NCBI GenBank assembly: GCA_934457115.1
Contig: CAKSHI010000006.1
Span: 23,556-87,555 of the forward strand
Direction: 5' to 3'
Length of the DNA stretch: 64,000 nt
DNA from: an uncultured Eubacteriales bacterium
GTDB taxonomy: Bacteria > Bacillota > Clostridia > Oscillospirales > Acutalibacteraceae
Below, piece by piece: positions 31,546-41,923 of this stretch. Below the pieces are notes generated by a model. It was given only the letters and a program-made list of their open reading frames with translations. It did no database searches and was not told where the DNA came from. The first letter of the stretch is position 1; each line of letters opens with the position of its first letter. The position numbers and the translations under genes are program-made.

Positions 31546-33405
31546 GTGGAGAAAAAACAACAATATAAAAAAGAAAATAAAGTAAATGCTAAACGCAGTG
31601 ATCAAATTCTTAGTACAAGCATTGCAGAATCAAAAGATGATTCATCTAAGGAGAGTAATAAATCTACAAGGGTAAAGCAGGAGAAAAGACCCAAAAACAG
31701 AGGTAGAAGACCAACTAAGTCCTTGAAAAATAAAAAGCAAAAAGAGGCTCCTTCTATAAAAGTTATGTTTTTGGGAGGTCTTAATGAGATAGGTAAAAAT
31801 ATGACATTGTTTGAATGTCAAGATGATATGTTTTTGCTTGACTGCGGTATGACTTTCCCTGATGGTGATATGCTTGGAGTAGATTTGGTTATTCCTGATT
31901 TTACCTATGTTGAGAAGAATATAGATAAAATCAAAGGTGTAGTTATAACCCATGGGCACGAGGACCATATAGGAGCAATCCCTTACCTTTTGAAAAAGGT
32001 TTCAATCCCGATATACGGCACACCGCTTTCAATAGGCCTTATTGGGGGAAAACTTAAGGAGCATGGACTATTAAAAAAAGCCAAGCTTAACACAATTAAA
32101 CCCGGTGACAGAATAAAACTCGGCTGTATGGAAGTAGAGCCCATTCATGTAAATCACTCTATACCAGATGCAGTGGGCGTAGCTATATATTCTCCTGCGG
32201 GTACATTGGTTCATACTGGTGACTTTAAAATAGACAGTACTCCAACCCAGGGTGAAATGATAGATATAGCAAGATTTGCCGAAGTTGGAAAAGAAGGTGT
32301 ACTCGCTTTATTTGCCGATTCAACTAATGCAGAACGTCAAGGCTATACAATGACAGAAAAGAAGATAAGTCAATCTTTTGATAAACTGTTTAACATGGCA
32401 GAATCAAAAAGAATAATAATAGCTACATTTTCTTCTAATATCAGCAGGATACAACAAATAGTAAATTGTGCGCACAAGTATGGAAGAAAGGTTTCCTTCT
32501 CCGGAAGAAGCATGATAAATTATATAAATATAGCAAGTGAATTGGGATATATAGATATACCTTCGGATGTTATGTTGGATATTAATTTGTTAAACAAGTA
32601 TCCTAAGGATAAGGTAGTATTAGTGACAACGGGAAGCCAAGGCGAACCTATGTCAGCCCTTTCAAGAATGGCGTCTTCAGATCATAAAAAGGTTTCCGTA
32701 GGCCCTGAAGATTTTATCATAATTTCAGCAAATCCGATACCCGGCAATGAAAAAACAGTTGGAGATGTGATTAACGAGCTAATGAAACTTGGCTGCGAGG
32801 TTGTTTATGAATCAATGTATGAGGTTCATGTTTCAGGACATGCTTGCCAAGAAGAGTTAAAGCTTATGTTGGGCATAGTAAAACCTAAATATTTCATACC
32901 CGTACACGGCGAACAAAAGCATCTTGTGAAACATGCAGGACTTGCTAAGATGATGGGTATGGATGACAGCAATATTTTTATAGGCGATGTTGGTAATGCT
33001 ATTGAAATTAATAGGGATTATATTAAGCAAATAGCAGATGTACCTGCAGGAAAGACTCTAGTTGACGGTTTAGGCGTAGGCGATGTTGGTAATATAGTAT
33101 TGAGGGATAGAAAACGTTTGTCCGAAGATGGTCTTATAGTTGTTGTAGCAACTATTGACCCTGAAAACGGCAACACAGTGTCCGGCCCGGATATAGTATC
33201 AAGAGGATTTGTCTATGTAAGAGAATCAGAAGAGCTTATTGCAAGTGCCGAAAAGGCCGCAGCTGCTGTACTTAATAAATGTGCAAAGGAAAATATACAC
33301 GAGTGGGGCATTATAAAAAATAATATTAGAGATGCTTTATCTGCATTGTTCTATGAAAGAACAAGAAGAAGCCCGATGATATTGCCTATTTTAATGGAAA
33401 TATAG
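31546..33405 (+). CDS. rnj: Ribonuclease J with ~70-aa Lys/Arg-rich N-terminal extension
   Basis: GGLNEIGKN, HGHEDHIGAIPYLL (metallo-beta-lactamase HxHxDH), beta-CASP region. GTG start 8 nt after GGAGG. Confidence 0.92.
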   Translation: MEKKQQYKKENKVNAKRSDQILSTSIAESKDDSSKESNKSTRVKQEKRPKNRGRRPTKSLKNKKQKEAPSIKVMFLGGLNEIGKNMTLFECQDDMFLLDCGMTFPDGDMLGVDLVIPDFTYVEKNIDKIKGVVITHGHEDHIGAIPYLLKKVSIPIYGTPLSIGLIGGKLKEHGLLKKAKLNTIKPGDRIKLGCMEVEPIHVNHSIPDAVGVAIYSPAGTLVHTGDFKIDSTPTQGEMIDIARFAEVGKEGVLALFADSTNAERQGYTMTEKKISQSFDKLFNMAESKRIIIATFSSNISRIQQIVNCAHKYGRKVSFSGRSMINYINIASELGYIDIPSDVMLDINLLNKYPKDKVVLVTTGSQGEPMSALSRMASSDHKKVSVGPEDFIIISANPIPGNEKTVGDVINELMKLGCEVVYESMYEVHVSGHACQEELKLMLGIVKPKYFIPVHGEQKHLVKHAGLAKMMGMDDSNIFIGDVGNAIEINRDYIKQIADVPAGKTLVDGLGVGDVGNIVLRDRKRLSEDGLIVVVATIDPENGNTVSGPDIVSRGFVYVRESEELIASAEKAAAAVLNKCAKENIHEWGIIKNNIRDALSALFYERTRRSPMILPILMEI

Positions 33406-33457
33406 TTATTTTATATACATTTGGTGTGTATTAATAAAATAGGAGGCGATTTGTTTT

Positions 33458-35416
33458 ATGAAAAAAAGTTATAACACGATATTTGTTGATGCTTTATTGA
33501 TATTTACAATATTAACAATGACTATAATAAGCTGCTTTTATAATAAAGTCGTCTTTTATTTTGAGATACCATTTGCTTTTTTGTGTATTGGGATATTAAT
33601 ATACAATATTTTTAGGGACTTTAAAAATGTTAATGTTCTCCATCAAAAAGACGGGGTAATTGATAATCTTGACAAGCATACGCTTGAAAGACTTAAGGCT
33701 CCTGTTGCTTTGCTTGATAAAAAGTACAATGTTATTTGGAAAAATCATAGCTTTCAAAAGATTTTTGGAAAGGAACAATTAAATCTCGAGAATCTTATAA
33801 AAACTGAGCCAATTAGTTCATTATTGAACAAAGGTATTGAGACTATAGAAATCCTTGATATTAGGTATAGTGTTTTATCTATAGAGTTTAAGGAATATAT
33901 AGAATTATATTTCGTTGAGGATAAGTATTATCATCAAATAGAAAGTGAATACCTTAAAAGTCGTCCCGTAGTGGCTATGGTGATGTTTGACAATAAAGAG
34001 GAATTTGAAGCTGATGCGATAGACAATGAAGATGATCAAATAATTGCTAAAGTAGAGGGAATCATTCAAAAATGGGCAGCAGGTACAACAGGATTTTATA
34101 AGAAATTAAATAATTCAAGATATCTTGTTGTGTTTGAAGAGAGAAGTCTTGATGTATTTATAAAAGAAAAATTTAAGATTTTAGAGGAAGTAAGAAGTGT
34201 AAAGTCTGAGGATAAACGTTGGGCTACAGTATCTATAGGTATTGGGGCTGACGGGAAATCCTTGAAAGAATGTGAACATTGGGCACGAAATGCTCTCGAT
34301 ATGGCATTGGGTCGAGGCGGAGACCAAGTTGTTGTCAAAAAAGGAAAAAGTTATAGCTTCTTTGGAGGAGTTTCAAAGGAAACTGAAAAAAGGAGCAAGG
34401 TTAGAGCAAGGGTTATATCGATGGCATTGTCAGACCAAATAGATAACAGTGATAAGGTACTTATAATGGGTCATAGGTTTTCAGACCTTGATTGTGTTGG
34501 TGCCGCTATAGGTATGTATAGTGCAGCAGCAAAGGGAAAAAGGAAAGAAGCCTATATAGTTTTAAATAAAGATGAGACTCTTGCCTTGCCTCTTGTAAAA
34601 AATATAGAAGCAATGAGCAGTAAGGAAATATTTATTTCTCCTGAAAAGGCTATAGGATTAATAACTGAAAAAACTCTTCTTATAATAGTTGACACTCATT
34701 CAATGGACTTTTTGGAAAGCAAACTTTTATATGAGAAATCGCATAAAACGGTTGTTATAGATCACCATAGAATGATGGTAAATCATATTTCTAATGCTGT
34801 AGTATTTTACCATGAACCTTACGCTTCTTCGGCATCTGAAATGGTAACGGAACTTGTCCAGTACTTAGATGACGAATTTTTAAATAGAATTGAAGCGGAA
34901 TCCCTTTTAGCAGGCATTATGCTTGACAGTAAGAATTTCGTCCTAAAAACAGGAGTTAGAACTTTTGAAGCAGCTGCTTATTTAAGAAGAAAAGGTGCAG
35001 ATACGGTAGAAGTAAAAAGGCTATTCTCAAATTCCATGAATACTTATAAGGTAAAATATCAGCTTATCTCAGGGGCTGAAATATTTAATAGCTGCGCTAT
35101 AGCCTGCGCAGATGAAAAGGAAGGAAGCTATGAGGATATAAGAATAGCTTCGGCTCAAGCAGCTGATGAACTCCTTGGAATTGAAGGAGTTAGAGCTTCG
35201 TTTGTTATATATTCTTCCGGGAATAATTCAGTGAGTATATCCGCAAGGTCGTTTGGAGATGTTAACGTGCAGCTCATCATGGAAGCTATGGGCGGCGGAG
35301 GACACCAAACTATGGCAGGAGCTCAAATTAATGATACAAGTATAAAAGAAGTAGCTCAAAGGTTAATAGAACTTATTAGCCCTATTGAAATATCTAATAC
35401 AAAAAATGAGGTGTAA
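33458..35416 (+). CDS. gdpP: Cyclic-di-AMP phosphodiesterase GdpP (2 TM, PAS-like, degenerate GGDEF, DHH/DHHA1)
   Basis: Two N-terminal TM helices, [14 protein letters not shown] (DHH region), [16 protein letters not shown] (DHHA1). Conserved gdpP-rplI-dnaB order. Confidence 0.9.
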   Translation: MKKSYNTIFVDALLIFTILTMTIISCFYNKVVFYFEIPFAFLCIGILIYNIFRDFKNVNVLHQKDGVIDNLDKHTLERLKAPVALLDKKYNVIWKNHSFQKIFGKEQLNLENLIKTEPISSLLNKGIETIEILDIRYSVLSIEFKEYIELYFVEDKYYHQIESEYLKSRPVVAMVMFDNKEEFEADAIDNEDDQIIAKVEGIIQKWAAGTTGFYKKLNNSRYLVVFEERSLDVFIKEKFKILEEVRSVKSEDKRWATVSIGIGADGKSLKECEHWARNALDMALGRGGDQVVVKKGKSYSFFGGVSKETEKRSKVRARVISMALSDQIDNSDKVLIMGHRFSDLDCVGAAIGMYSAAAKGKRKEAYIVLNKDETLALPLVKNIEAMSSKEIFISPEKAIGLITEKTLLIIVDTHSMDFLESKLLYEKSHKTVVIDHHRMMVNHISNAVVFYHEPYASSASEMVTELVQYLDDEFLNRIEAESLLAGIMLDSKNFVLKTGVRTFEAAAYLRRKGADTVEVKRLFSNSMNTYKVKYQLISGAEIFNSCAIACADEKEGSYEDIRIASAQAADELLGIEGVRASFVIYSSGNNSVSISARSFGDVNVQLIMEAMGGGGHQTMAGAQINDTSIKEVAQRLIELISPIEISNTKNEV

Positions 35417-35418
35417 TT

Positions 35419-35868
35419 ATGAAAGTAATATTATTGCAGGATGTTAAAAGCAAAGGCAAGAAGGGTGATCTGATAAATGTATCGGATGGATATGCAAGAA
35501 ACTGCTTGCTTCCTCAAAAACTCGCTAAGGAAGCTGATAACCAAGCTATGAACGAGCTTAAAAATGCAAAAGCTTCGGAAGCTCATAAAATAGAAGTTCA
35601 AAAAGCAGAAGCAAATGCGATTTATAAAAAAATATCCGGAAAAACTTTAAAGTTTTCAGCTAAATCCGGTAAATCTGGTAAACTTTTCGGGTCTATTACA
35701 TCTAAAGAAATCGCTTTGGAACTTGAAAAGGTTTACGATGTTTCTATTGATAAAAGAAAAATACATTTAAGCAGTGATATCAAAAACTTTGGCACATATG
35801 AGTGTGAGATAAAACTTTATGCAGGAATTGTAGCCAAGGTATTTGTTCAGGTTACAGAGCTAAATTAA
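35419..35868 (+). CDS. rplI: 50S ribosomal protein L9
   Basis: [36 protein letters not shown]. Confidence 0.95.
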   Translation: MKVILLQDVKSKGKKGDLINVSDGYARNCLLPQKLAKEADNQAMNELKNAKASEAHKIEVQKAEANAIYKKISGKTLKFSAKSGKSGKLFGSITSKEIALELEKVYDVSIDKRKIHLSSDIKNFGTYECEIKLYAGIVAKVFVQVTELN

Positions 35869-35968
35869 TTAAATATACTACATTTAATCATGGTAAATTA
35901 TGTTTGCCATGATTTCTGATTTTGTTATAATAATATATAAGTTTTGCAGATTTAGGAGGTGATGTGCA

Positions 35969-37342
35969 GTGGATGATTTTAAAATAACATCGGGTTATGA
36001 TAATATAAAATTGCCTTATAGTTTAGAGGCAGAGCAATCTGTTTTAGGAGCAATTTTACTTGATTCAGATTGTATGGATAAAGTTGCGGAGATATTGCCT
36101 ATACCGGATTATTTTCATTTGGTTAACCATCAACTTATATATTCCGCTATGCTTGAAATGTTTACATTTGGTAAACCTGTGGACTTTATTACGGTTTTAG
36201 AGAAACTTAAACAAGATAAAAGTTTCGACGAGGCAACGGGTAAGACATATCTAATGCAATTAGCCCAAATTGTACCGTCAATATCAAATGTAGAAGTATA
36301 TGCAAATATTGTAAGAGAAAAATATGACACAAGAAAATTAATTATTACTGCACGTGAAATAATGGAGGATGCAACGGAGGACACTGCGGACTCTGCGGAC
36401 CTCCTTGACTCGGCAGAACAGAAAATATTTGATATACGGCGTGGAAAAAATATGCAGGGTCTTCAAAAGATTGACGAGATCGTTGTCCAAACTTTTGACA
36501 GACTTGATATGTTAAACTCTGAAGAGGGTAAACTTTATAGAGGTATACCTACAGGTATATCTGCTTTGGATGAGACAATAACGGGACTTAATAGGTCAGA
36601 CCTAATACTTTTAGCTGCAAGACCCGGTATGGGTAAAACGAGTTTTGCCTTAAATATAGCAAGGCATGTCGCAGTTAAAGAATTCAGAAAGGTTGCATTT
36701 TTCTCGCTTGAAATGACAAAGGAGCAGTTGGCTTCAAGATTACTTTCGACTGAAGCATTAGTTGGAGGAGTAAAACTCAGGACAGGTAAATTGGCTGAGG
36801 ATGAGTGGATACGTCTTATAGAAGCCGGAGATATTCTTTCAAAGACACAAATGTACTTTGACGATACTCCGGGAATTACCGTGCCCGAGATGAAGGCAAA
36901 ACTTAGAAGACTTAAAGATGTAGACTTAGTAATTATAGACTATTTGCAGCTTATGTCGGGCGGCAAGAACATAAATAACAGAGTGCAGGAGATTTCCGAG
37001 ATAACAAGAAACCTAAAGATTATGGCAAAGGAAATAAATGTTCCCGTAATAACGCTGTCTCAGCTTTCGCGTGCTTCCGAACAAAGAGCAGAGCATAGAC
37101 CGGTATTATCAGACTTAAGGGATTCAGGTTCAATCGAGCAGGATGCCGACATAGTTATGTTTTTGTATAGGCCGGATTATTACACAGATCAAGATGATGA
37201 TAATCAAGACAACAACGGGAAGAACAGCGGCGAGTGTATAGTAGCTAAAAACCGTCATGGAGAGGCTAGAACAGTTTACTTGCATTGGCAGGGCGAATTT
37301 ATGCGTTTTACAGGCCAGGAGATGTTTAGAAATGATCAATAA
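35969..37342 (+). CDS. dnaB: Replicative DNA helicase
   Basis: PYSLEAEQSVLGAILLD, Walker A ARPGMGKTSFALN, LSQLSR, SGSIEQDAD. 457 aa, no intein-sized insertion. Confidence 0.95.
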   Translation: MDDFKITSGYDNIKLPYSLEAEQSVLGAILLDSDCMDKVAEILPIPDYFHLVNHQLIYSAMLEMFTFGKPVDFITVLEKLKQDKSFDEATGKTYLMQLAQIVPSISNVEVYANIVREKYDTRKLIITAREIMEDATEDTADSADLLDSAEQKIFDIRRGKNMQGLQKIDEIVVQTFDRLDMLNSEEGKLYRGIPTGISALDETITGLNRSDLILLAARPGMGKTSFALNIARHVAVKEFRKVAFFSLEMTKEQLASRLLSTEALVGGVKLRTGKLAEDEWIRLIEAGDILSKTQMYFDDTPGITVPEMKAKLRRLKDVDLVIIDYLQLMSGGKNINNRVQEISEITRNLKIMAKEINVPVITLSQLSRASEQRAEHRPVLSDLRDSGSIEQDADIVMFLYRPDYYTDQDDDNQDNNGKNSGECIVAKNRHGEARTVYLHWQGEFMRFTGQEMFRNDQ

Positions 37343-38687
37343 GGTAAAAAAGGCTATTGAAGATTTTGATATGCTGCATTGTGGTGACAAGGTTTTGGTT
37401 GGCCTTTCAGGTGGGGCGGATTCAATTTCGCTTTTACACGCACTCTACTCTTTAAAAGGAGAATTAAACTTAGAAATTTTTGCTGCACATGTTAATCATG
37501 GATTAAGAGGAAAAGATGCACTTGATGATGAAAATTTTGCAAGAGAGACTTGTGAAAAACTAGGTATTCCTATATATGTTTTAAGAGCAGACATAAAAAA
37601 AGAGGCGCTCGAAAAGGGCATGGGTATAGAAGAATGCGGCAGGAGCGTAAGATATAGATTTTTTAAAGAGATAAGCCAAAAATTAGGTTCTAAAACCGCT
37701 ACAGCACATACTCTTTCGGATAATCTAGAAACTCTTATTTTGAATTTTACCAGGGGTGCAGGACTTAATGGAATGTGTGGGATAAAACCCGTAAGAAACA
37801 ATATAATAAGACCCCTTATCTATCTTACAAGGCAAGAGATAGAAGATTATTGCAAAGAAAATAATTTGAAGTTTATTATAGATAAATCTAATTATGATAG
37901 ATGTTATTCAAGAAATAAAATAAGGCTCGATGTTATACCTATTTTAAAGGAGATAAATCCCTCTGTAGAAAAATCTGCCTTAAGAATGATAAGTCAATTT
38001 AAGGATGTAGACAATTATATTGAAAATCAAGCTAAAAAGGTTTTAGAATCATCAAAGCTTTCCGATGGATATGATGTAAAAAATCTATTAGAATTAGATA
38101 AAGCAGTGCTGTCGAGGTGTATTTCGATTATAGCCGGCGGAAATTTAGAAAATATTCATATTGACCTGGTTATAGAAAGTCTAAACAATGGTTTTGGTAC
38201 CGTTACATTGCCGGGCAAGAGATATATTGAGATCAATTCCGGTGTAATTAGATTAAAAAAGGAACAAAATAAGCAAGTAGAATTGTGGGAATATAAAATT
38301 AATAGCACAAATATCTTGACATATAATAAAAGAGAGTTCATAATTAGATCTATAGATATAATGGAGTATAATATTCTATTGGATAAAAATAAGGAATTAG
38401 GATTATTTGCTCTTGATTATGATCTGGTTACCGAAAATACAGTGGTAAGGAACAGAAGAAGTTCAGATAGGTTTAAAATTCCTAAAAGAGGGATTACCAA
38501 ATCGTTAAAAAAACTTTTTAACGAAGAGAAGATCCCGATTTATGTTAGAAATAATTTGCCGATAATAGCAGACGGAGACAAAGTTTTGTGGATTTACGGC
38601 TTTGGCGCTTCTGAGTTTGCTAAAATTAATAAAGACACTAGAAAAGTGTTAACCATATTTCCTAAGGAGTGTTATCATGATAAATGA
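37332..38687 (+). CDS. tilS: tRNA(Ile)-lysidine synthase
   Basis: VLVGLSGGADS PP-loop. The ATG at 37332 overlaps the dnaB 3' end. The track start at 37257 lies inside dnaB. Confidence 0.92.
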   Translation: MINKVKKAIEDFDMLHCGDKVLVGLSGGADSISLLHALYSLKGELNLEIFAAHVNHGLRGKDALDDENFARETCEKLGIPIYVLRADIKKEALEKGMGIEECGRSVRYRFFKEISQKLGSKTATAHTLSDNLETLILNFTRGAGLNGMCGIKPVRNNIIRPLIYLTRQEIEDYCKENNLKFIIDKSNYDRCYSRNKIRLDVIPILKEINPSVEKSALRMISQFKDVDNYIENQAKKVLESSKLSDGYDVKNLLELDKAVLSRCISIIAGGNLENIHIDLVIESLNNGFGTVTLPGKRYIEINSGVIRLKKEQNKQVELWEYKINSTNILTYNKREFIIRSIDIMEYNILLDKNKELGLFALDYDLVTENTVVRNRRSSDRFKIPKRGITKSLKKLFNEEKIPIYVRNNLPIIADGDKVLWIYGFGASEFAKINKDTRKVLTIFPKECYHDK

Positions 38688-39222
38688 TGTTGAAAAAATT
38701 CTTTTAAGTAGCGAAGAAATCCAAGAAATTACCAAAAAATTAGGTAAAAAAATCAGTGAAGATTATAAAGACAAAAACTTATTAATGGTAAGTGTATTAA
38801 AAGGTTCTATTTTGTTTATGGCAGATTTAATGAGGGCAATTGATATACACTGTAGGATTGACTTTATGGCCGTCTCTACATATGCAGGCGGAGTAGCAAG
38901 CAGTGGAGTAGCAAAAATAATCAAAGATTTAGATATGCCGATAGAAGGCTACGATGTTTTGATTGTAGAGGATATTTTAGACAGTGGTTTAACTTTGAGT
39001 AATATAATTGACCTTTTGGAGTCAAGAAATCCTAAGAGTATAAAAATATGCACTCTATTAGATAAACCTGAAAGACGTAAAAGTAAAATAAAAGCAGATT
39101 ATGCAGGGGCAGTTATTCCCGATGAATTTGTAGTCGGCTATGGCCTCGACTATGATGAAAAATATAGAAACTTACCATTTGTAGGTGTATTAAAAGAGAG
39201 TGTTTACAGCGAAAATGTATAA
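38677..39222 (+). CDS. hpt: Hypoxanthine phosphoribosyltransferase
   Basis: VLIVEDILDSGLTL PRPP motif. tilS-hpt-ftsH order. Confidence 0.93.
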   Translation: MINDVEKILLSSEEIQEITKKLGKKISEDYKDKNLLMVSVLKGSILFMADLMRAIDIHCRIDFMAVSTYAGGVASSGVAKIIKDLDMPIEGYDVLIVEDILDSGLTLSNIIDLLESRNPKSIKICTLLDKPERRKSKIKADYAGAVIPDEFVVGYGLDYDEKYRNLPFVGVLKESVYSENV

Positions 39223-39255
39223 CACTAATTATACTACTATAAAGGAGAAACAAAC

Positions 39256-41160
39256 TTGAATAATAATAAAAAATCTTTTAAAAGTCTGTTGTTGTATATA
39301 GGGATTCCAATTATCATTATTCTTATAATAGCAGCTGTTTGGAATTCAGGTCCTAAGGATAACCATAAATATTCAGACATTGTTGGCTTTTTTAGAGATG
39401 AAAAGGTATCAAGCTATACTATTAATTTAGGTACGGGGGAAATGCAAATATCCCTTAAAGACAGCGGTGAAGTTATTAACTATACTGCACCCAGCGTTGG
39501 TCTTATGTATGAAGATATCAAAGATTATGTAGCAAAATATAATCAAGATAATCCCTCAAGTCCTATGGAATATGATCTTATAAAAGCTGCAGACACTTCT
39601 TGGATAATGGATATATTGCCAACACTTATATTACTTGTTTTGATGGGACTTTTCTGGTGGTTCCTAATGAGACGTATGTCTATGGGAATAGGCGACGGCG
39701 GCAAGCAAATGAGCTTTGGTAAAGCTAAAATTAAAAATATAAACGATGAAAAAAGAAAAACGACGTTTAAAGATGTGGCCGGAGCCGATGAGGAGAAAGA
39801 GGAACTTTGCGAAATAGTAGAGTTTTTGAAAAATCCTAAGAGATACAATGAATTGGGTGCAAGAATACCTAAGGGTGTTTTATTGGTGGGCCCTCCGGGT
39901 ACAGGTAAAACATTATTGGCAAGGGCTGTAGCAGGTGAAGCTGGTGTACCATTTTTCTCGATTTCAGGGTCTGATTTTGTCGAAATGTTTGTTGGTGTAG
40001 GTGCTTCAAGAGTAAGAGATTTATTTGATCAAGCCAAAAGAAATTCACCGTGTATTATATTCATAGATGAAATTGATGCAGTAGGTCGTCATCGTGGTGC
40101 AGGACTTGGCGGCGGGCATGACGAAAGAGAACAAACTCTTAATCAGCTTCTTGTAGAGATGGATGGTTTTGGAGCAAATGAGGGCGTCATTATGATAGCC
40201 GCTACCAATAGACCTGATATATTGGATCCTGCTTTGATGAGACCCGGACGTTTTGACCGTCAAGTCATAGTAAGCTATCCGGATATAAAGGGCAGAGAAG
40301 AAATTTTAAAGGTTCATTCAAGAGGTAAGCCTTTGGCTCCTGATGTAGATCTTAAGGTTATAGCTAAATCTACAGCGGGATTTACGGGTGCAGATCTTGA
40401 AAATCTAATAAACGAAGCAGCTTTGTTATCAGCAAGAAAACATTTAAAAGCTATTACTATGGATGAGATCGAAGAGGCTACTATTAAGGTTGTAGTCGGT
40501 GCTGAAAAAAGATCTAAGGTTATGACTGAAAAGGAAAAGAAAATTACTGCATATCACGAGAGTGGTCATGCGATTGCAACCTATTTTTGTGAAACTCAAG
40601 ATCCGGTTCATCAGATCTCTATCATTCCAAGAGGCATGGCCGGTGGATATACTATGTCTTTACCGTCAGAAGATCGTTCTTACCGTTCAAAAAGAGAGAT
40701 GGAAGAAGATATTGTTGTACTTTTAGGCGGTCGTGTTGCAGAATCTATTGTGCTTGGAGATATATCAACAGGAGCTTCCAATGATATTGAAAGAGCAACT
40801 AAGCTTGCTAATGCAATGGTTACTAAATATGGTATGAGTGATAAGTTAGGGCCGATTAATTACGGTGCTGACAATACGGAAGTATTTATTGGAAAAGATA
40901 TGGGTCATACCAAAAACTATTCTGAAAAGATAGCAGCTGAAATAGATACTGAAATGAGATCAATAATTACCAATGCCTATAATAGGACAGAGAAAATATT
41001 ACTTGATAATAGAGATAAACTTGAAGAGCTTGCTATGTACTTATTTACAAAAGAAAAGGTAAGTGCTGAAGAGTTTGAAGATATCATGAAAGGAAAACTT
41101 CCTAAGGAAGATTCTCAAGACAATGAATTGTCCAACGAGGATTCTAATAATATTAAATAG
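39256..41160 (+). CDS. ftsH: ATP-dependent zinc metalloprotease FtsH
   Basis: [22 protein letters not shown] zinc site, two N-terminal TM helices. Confidence 0.96.
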   Translation: MNNNKKSFKSLLLYIGIPIIIILIIAAVWNSGPKDNHKYSDIVGFFRDEKVSSYTINLGTGEMQISLKDSGEVINYTAPSVGLMYEDIKDYVAKYNQDNPSSPMEYDLIKAADTSWIMDILPTLILLVLMGLFWWFLMRRMSMGIGDGGKQMSFGKAKIKNINDEKRKTTFKDVAGADEEKEELCEIVEFLKNPKRYNELGARIPKGVLLVGPPGTGKTLLARAVAGEAGVPFFSISGSDFVEMFVGVGASRVRDLFDQAKRNSPCIIFIDEIDAVGRHRGAGLGGGHDEREQTLNQLLVEMDGFGANEGVIMIAATNRPDILDPALMRPGRFDRQVIVSYPDIKGREEILKVHSRGKPLAPDVDLKVIAKSTAGFTGADLENLINEAALLSARKHLKAITMDEIEEATIKVVVGAEKRSKVMTEKEKKITAYHESGHAIATYFCETQDPVHQISIIPRGMAGGYTMSLPSEDRSYRSKREMEEDIVVLLGGRVAESIVLGDISTGASNDIERATKLANAMVTKYGMSDKLGPINYGADNTEVFIGKDMGHTKNYSEKIAAEIDTEMRSIITNAYNRTEKILLDNRDKLEELAMYLFTKEKVSAEEFEDIMKGKLPKEDSQDNELSNEDSNNIK

Positions 41161-41219
41161 TTAATTAAAAAGGGGGCGTTAGCGCTCCTTTTTTAGATAT
41201 CAATAAGGGAGGAATAGTA

Positions 41220-41897
41220 ATGAGAAGAAATTCAGGTGTACTTTTGTTTGGATTAGCCCTAATAGGGGTATCAATTGTAATGATAGGTAATTTTTGTGGA
41301 TTATGGAAAATTGAAAATTTTGACGGTTGGTGGACATTGTTTTTGATTATACCGGGCTTTGCAGGAATTATAAAATCTGGATTTTCGTTTTGGAATTGCG
41401 CACTTATTTTAGTAGGTGCATGGTTTTTGGTTGATGCACAAAGTGAAAATTGGGGAATTACAAATGAGATGATGTTTGCTGTTCTATTATTGATGTTTGG
41501 TATAATGTTTATAGGCATCGCTGTAAAAAGAAGCAAAGCATCAAAAAATCCACTTGAGAATAACGAATACAGTGATGTGGTGACATATACTGCATTTTTT
41601 GGGGGCGCAGAGGCTGCCAATAGGTCTAAAGAGCTAAAACAAATTAGTTTATCTGCAGCGTTTGGAGGAATCAAGCTGGATTTGAGTGAGGCACAATTTG
41701 TTGATGGTGCAATTATAGGAGCAGATGCTATATTTGGCGGGATAGACATAATACTTCCAAAGGGATGTAGGGTTAAGGCTACGGGTCTACCCATTTTTGG
41801 AGGATTAAAAAATACATATGATGAAAGCATTGTGGACGGAAGTCCTTTGATAATTGTAGAATACAATGCGATTTTTGGTGGAATAGATATTAAATAA
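41220..41897 (+). CDS. LiaF-like (DUF2154-type) membrane protein
   Basis: Three to four N-terminal TM helices. The C-terminal region has recurring FGG motifs (FFGGAEA, AFGGIKLDL, AIFGGIDIIL, PIFGGLKN, AIFGGIDIK), typical of the LiaF C-terminal domain. Confidence 0.7.
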   Translation: MRRNSGVLLFGLALIGVSIVMIGNFCGLWKIENFDGWWTLFLIIPGFAGIIKSGFSFWNCALILVGAWFLVDAQSENWGITNEMMFAVLLLMFGIMFIGIAVKRSKASKNPLENNEYSDVVTYTAFFGGAEAANRSKELKQISLSAAFGGIKLDLSEAQFVDGAIIGADAIFGGIDIILPKGCRVKATGLPIFGGLKNTYDESIVDGSPLIIVEYNAIFGGIDIK

Positions 41898-41923
41898 ACC
41901 CTATAAAGGATGACAACGCATAA

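Noticed and set aside
41165-41866. 233-aa ORF fully antisense to the LiaF-like gene.
   Set aside because: The + strand product has clear TM helices and the recurring FGG motifs of the LiaF C-terminal domain, plus an SD. The antisense frame is low-complexity and has no SD. It is a typical shadow ORF.
41220-41897. Considered a link between the FGG(I) motifs of the LiaF-like protein and the TFGGIP repeats of the small protein at 54667-55029.
   Set aside because: The shared element is only a tripeptide or tetrapeptide in Gly-rich contexts. Spacing, flanking residues and architecture differ, so the resemblance is most likely coincidental.
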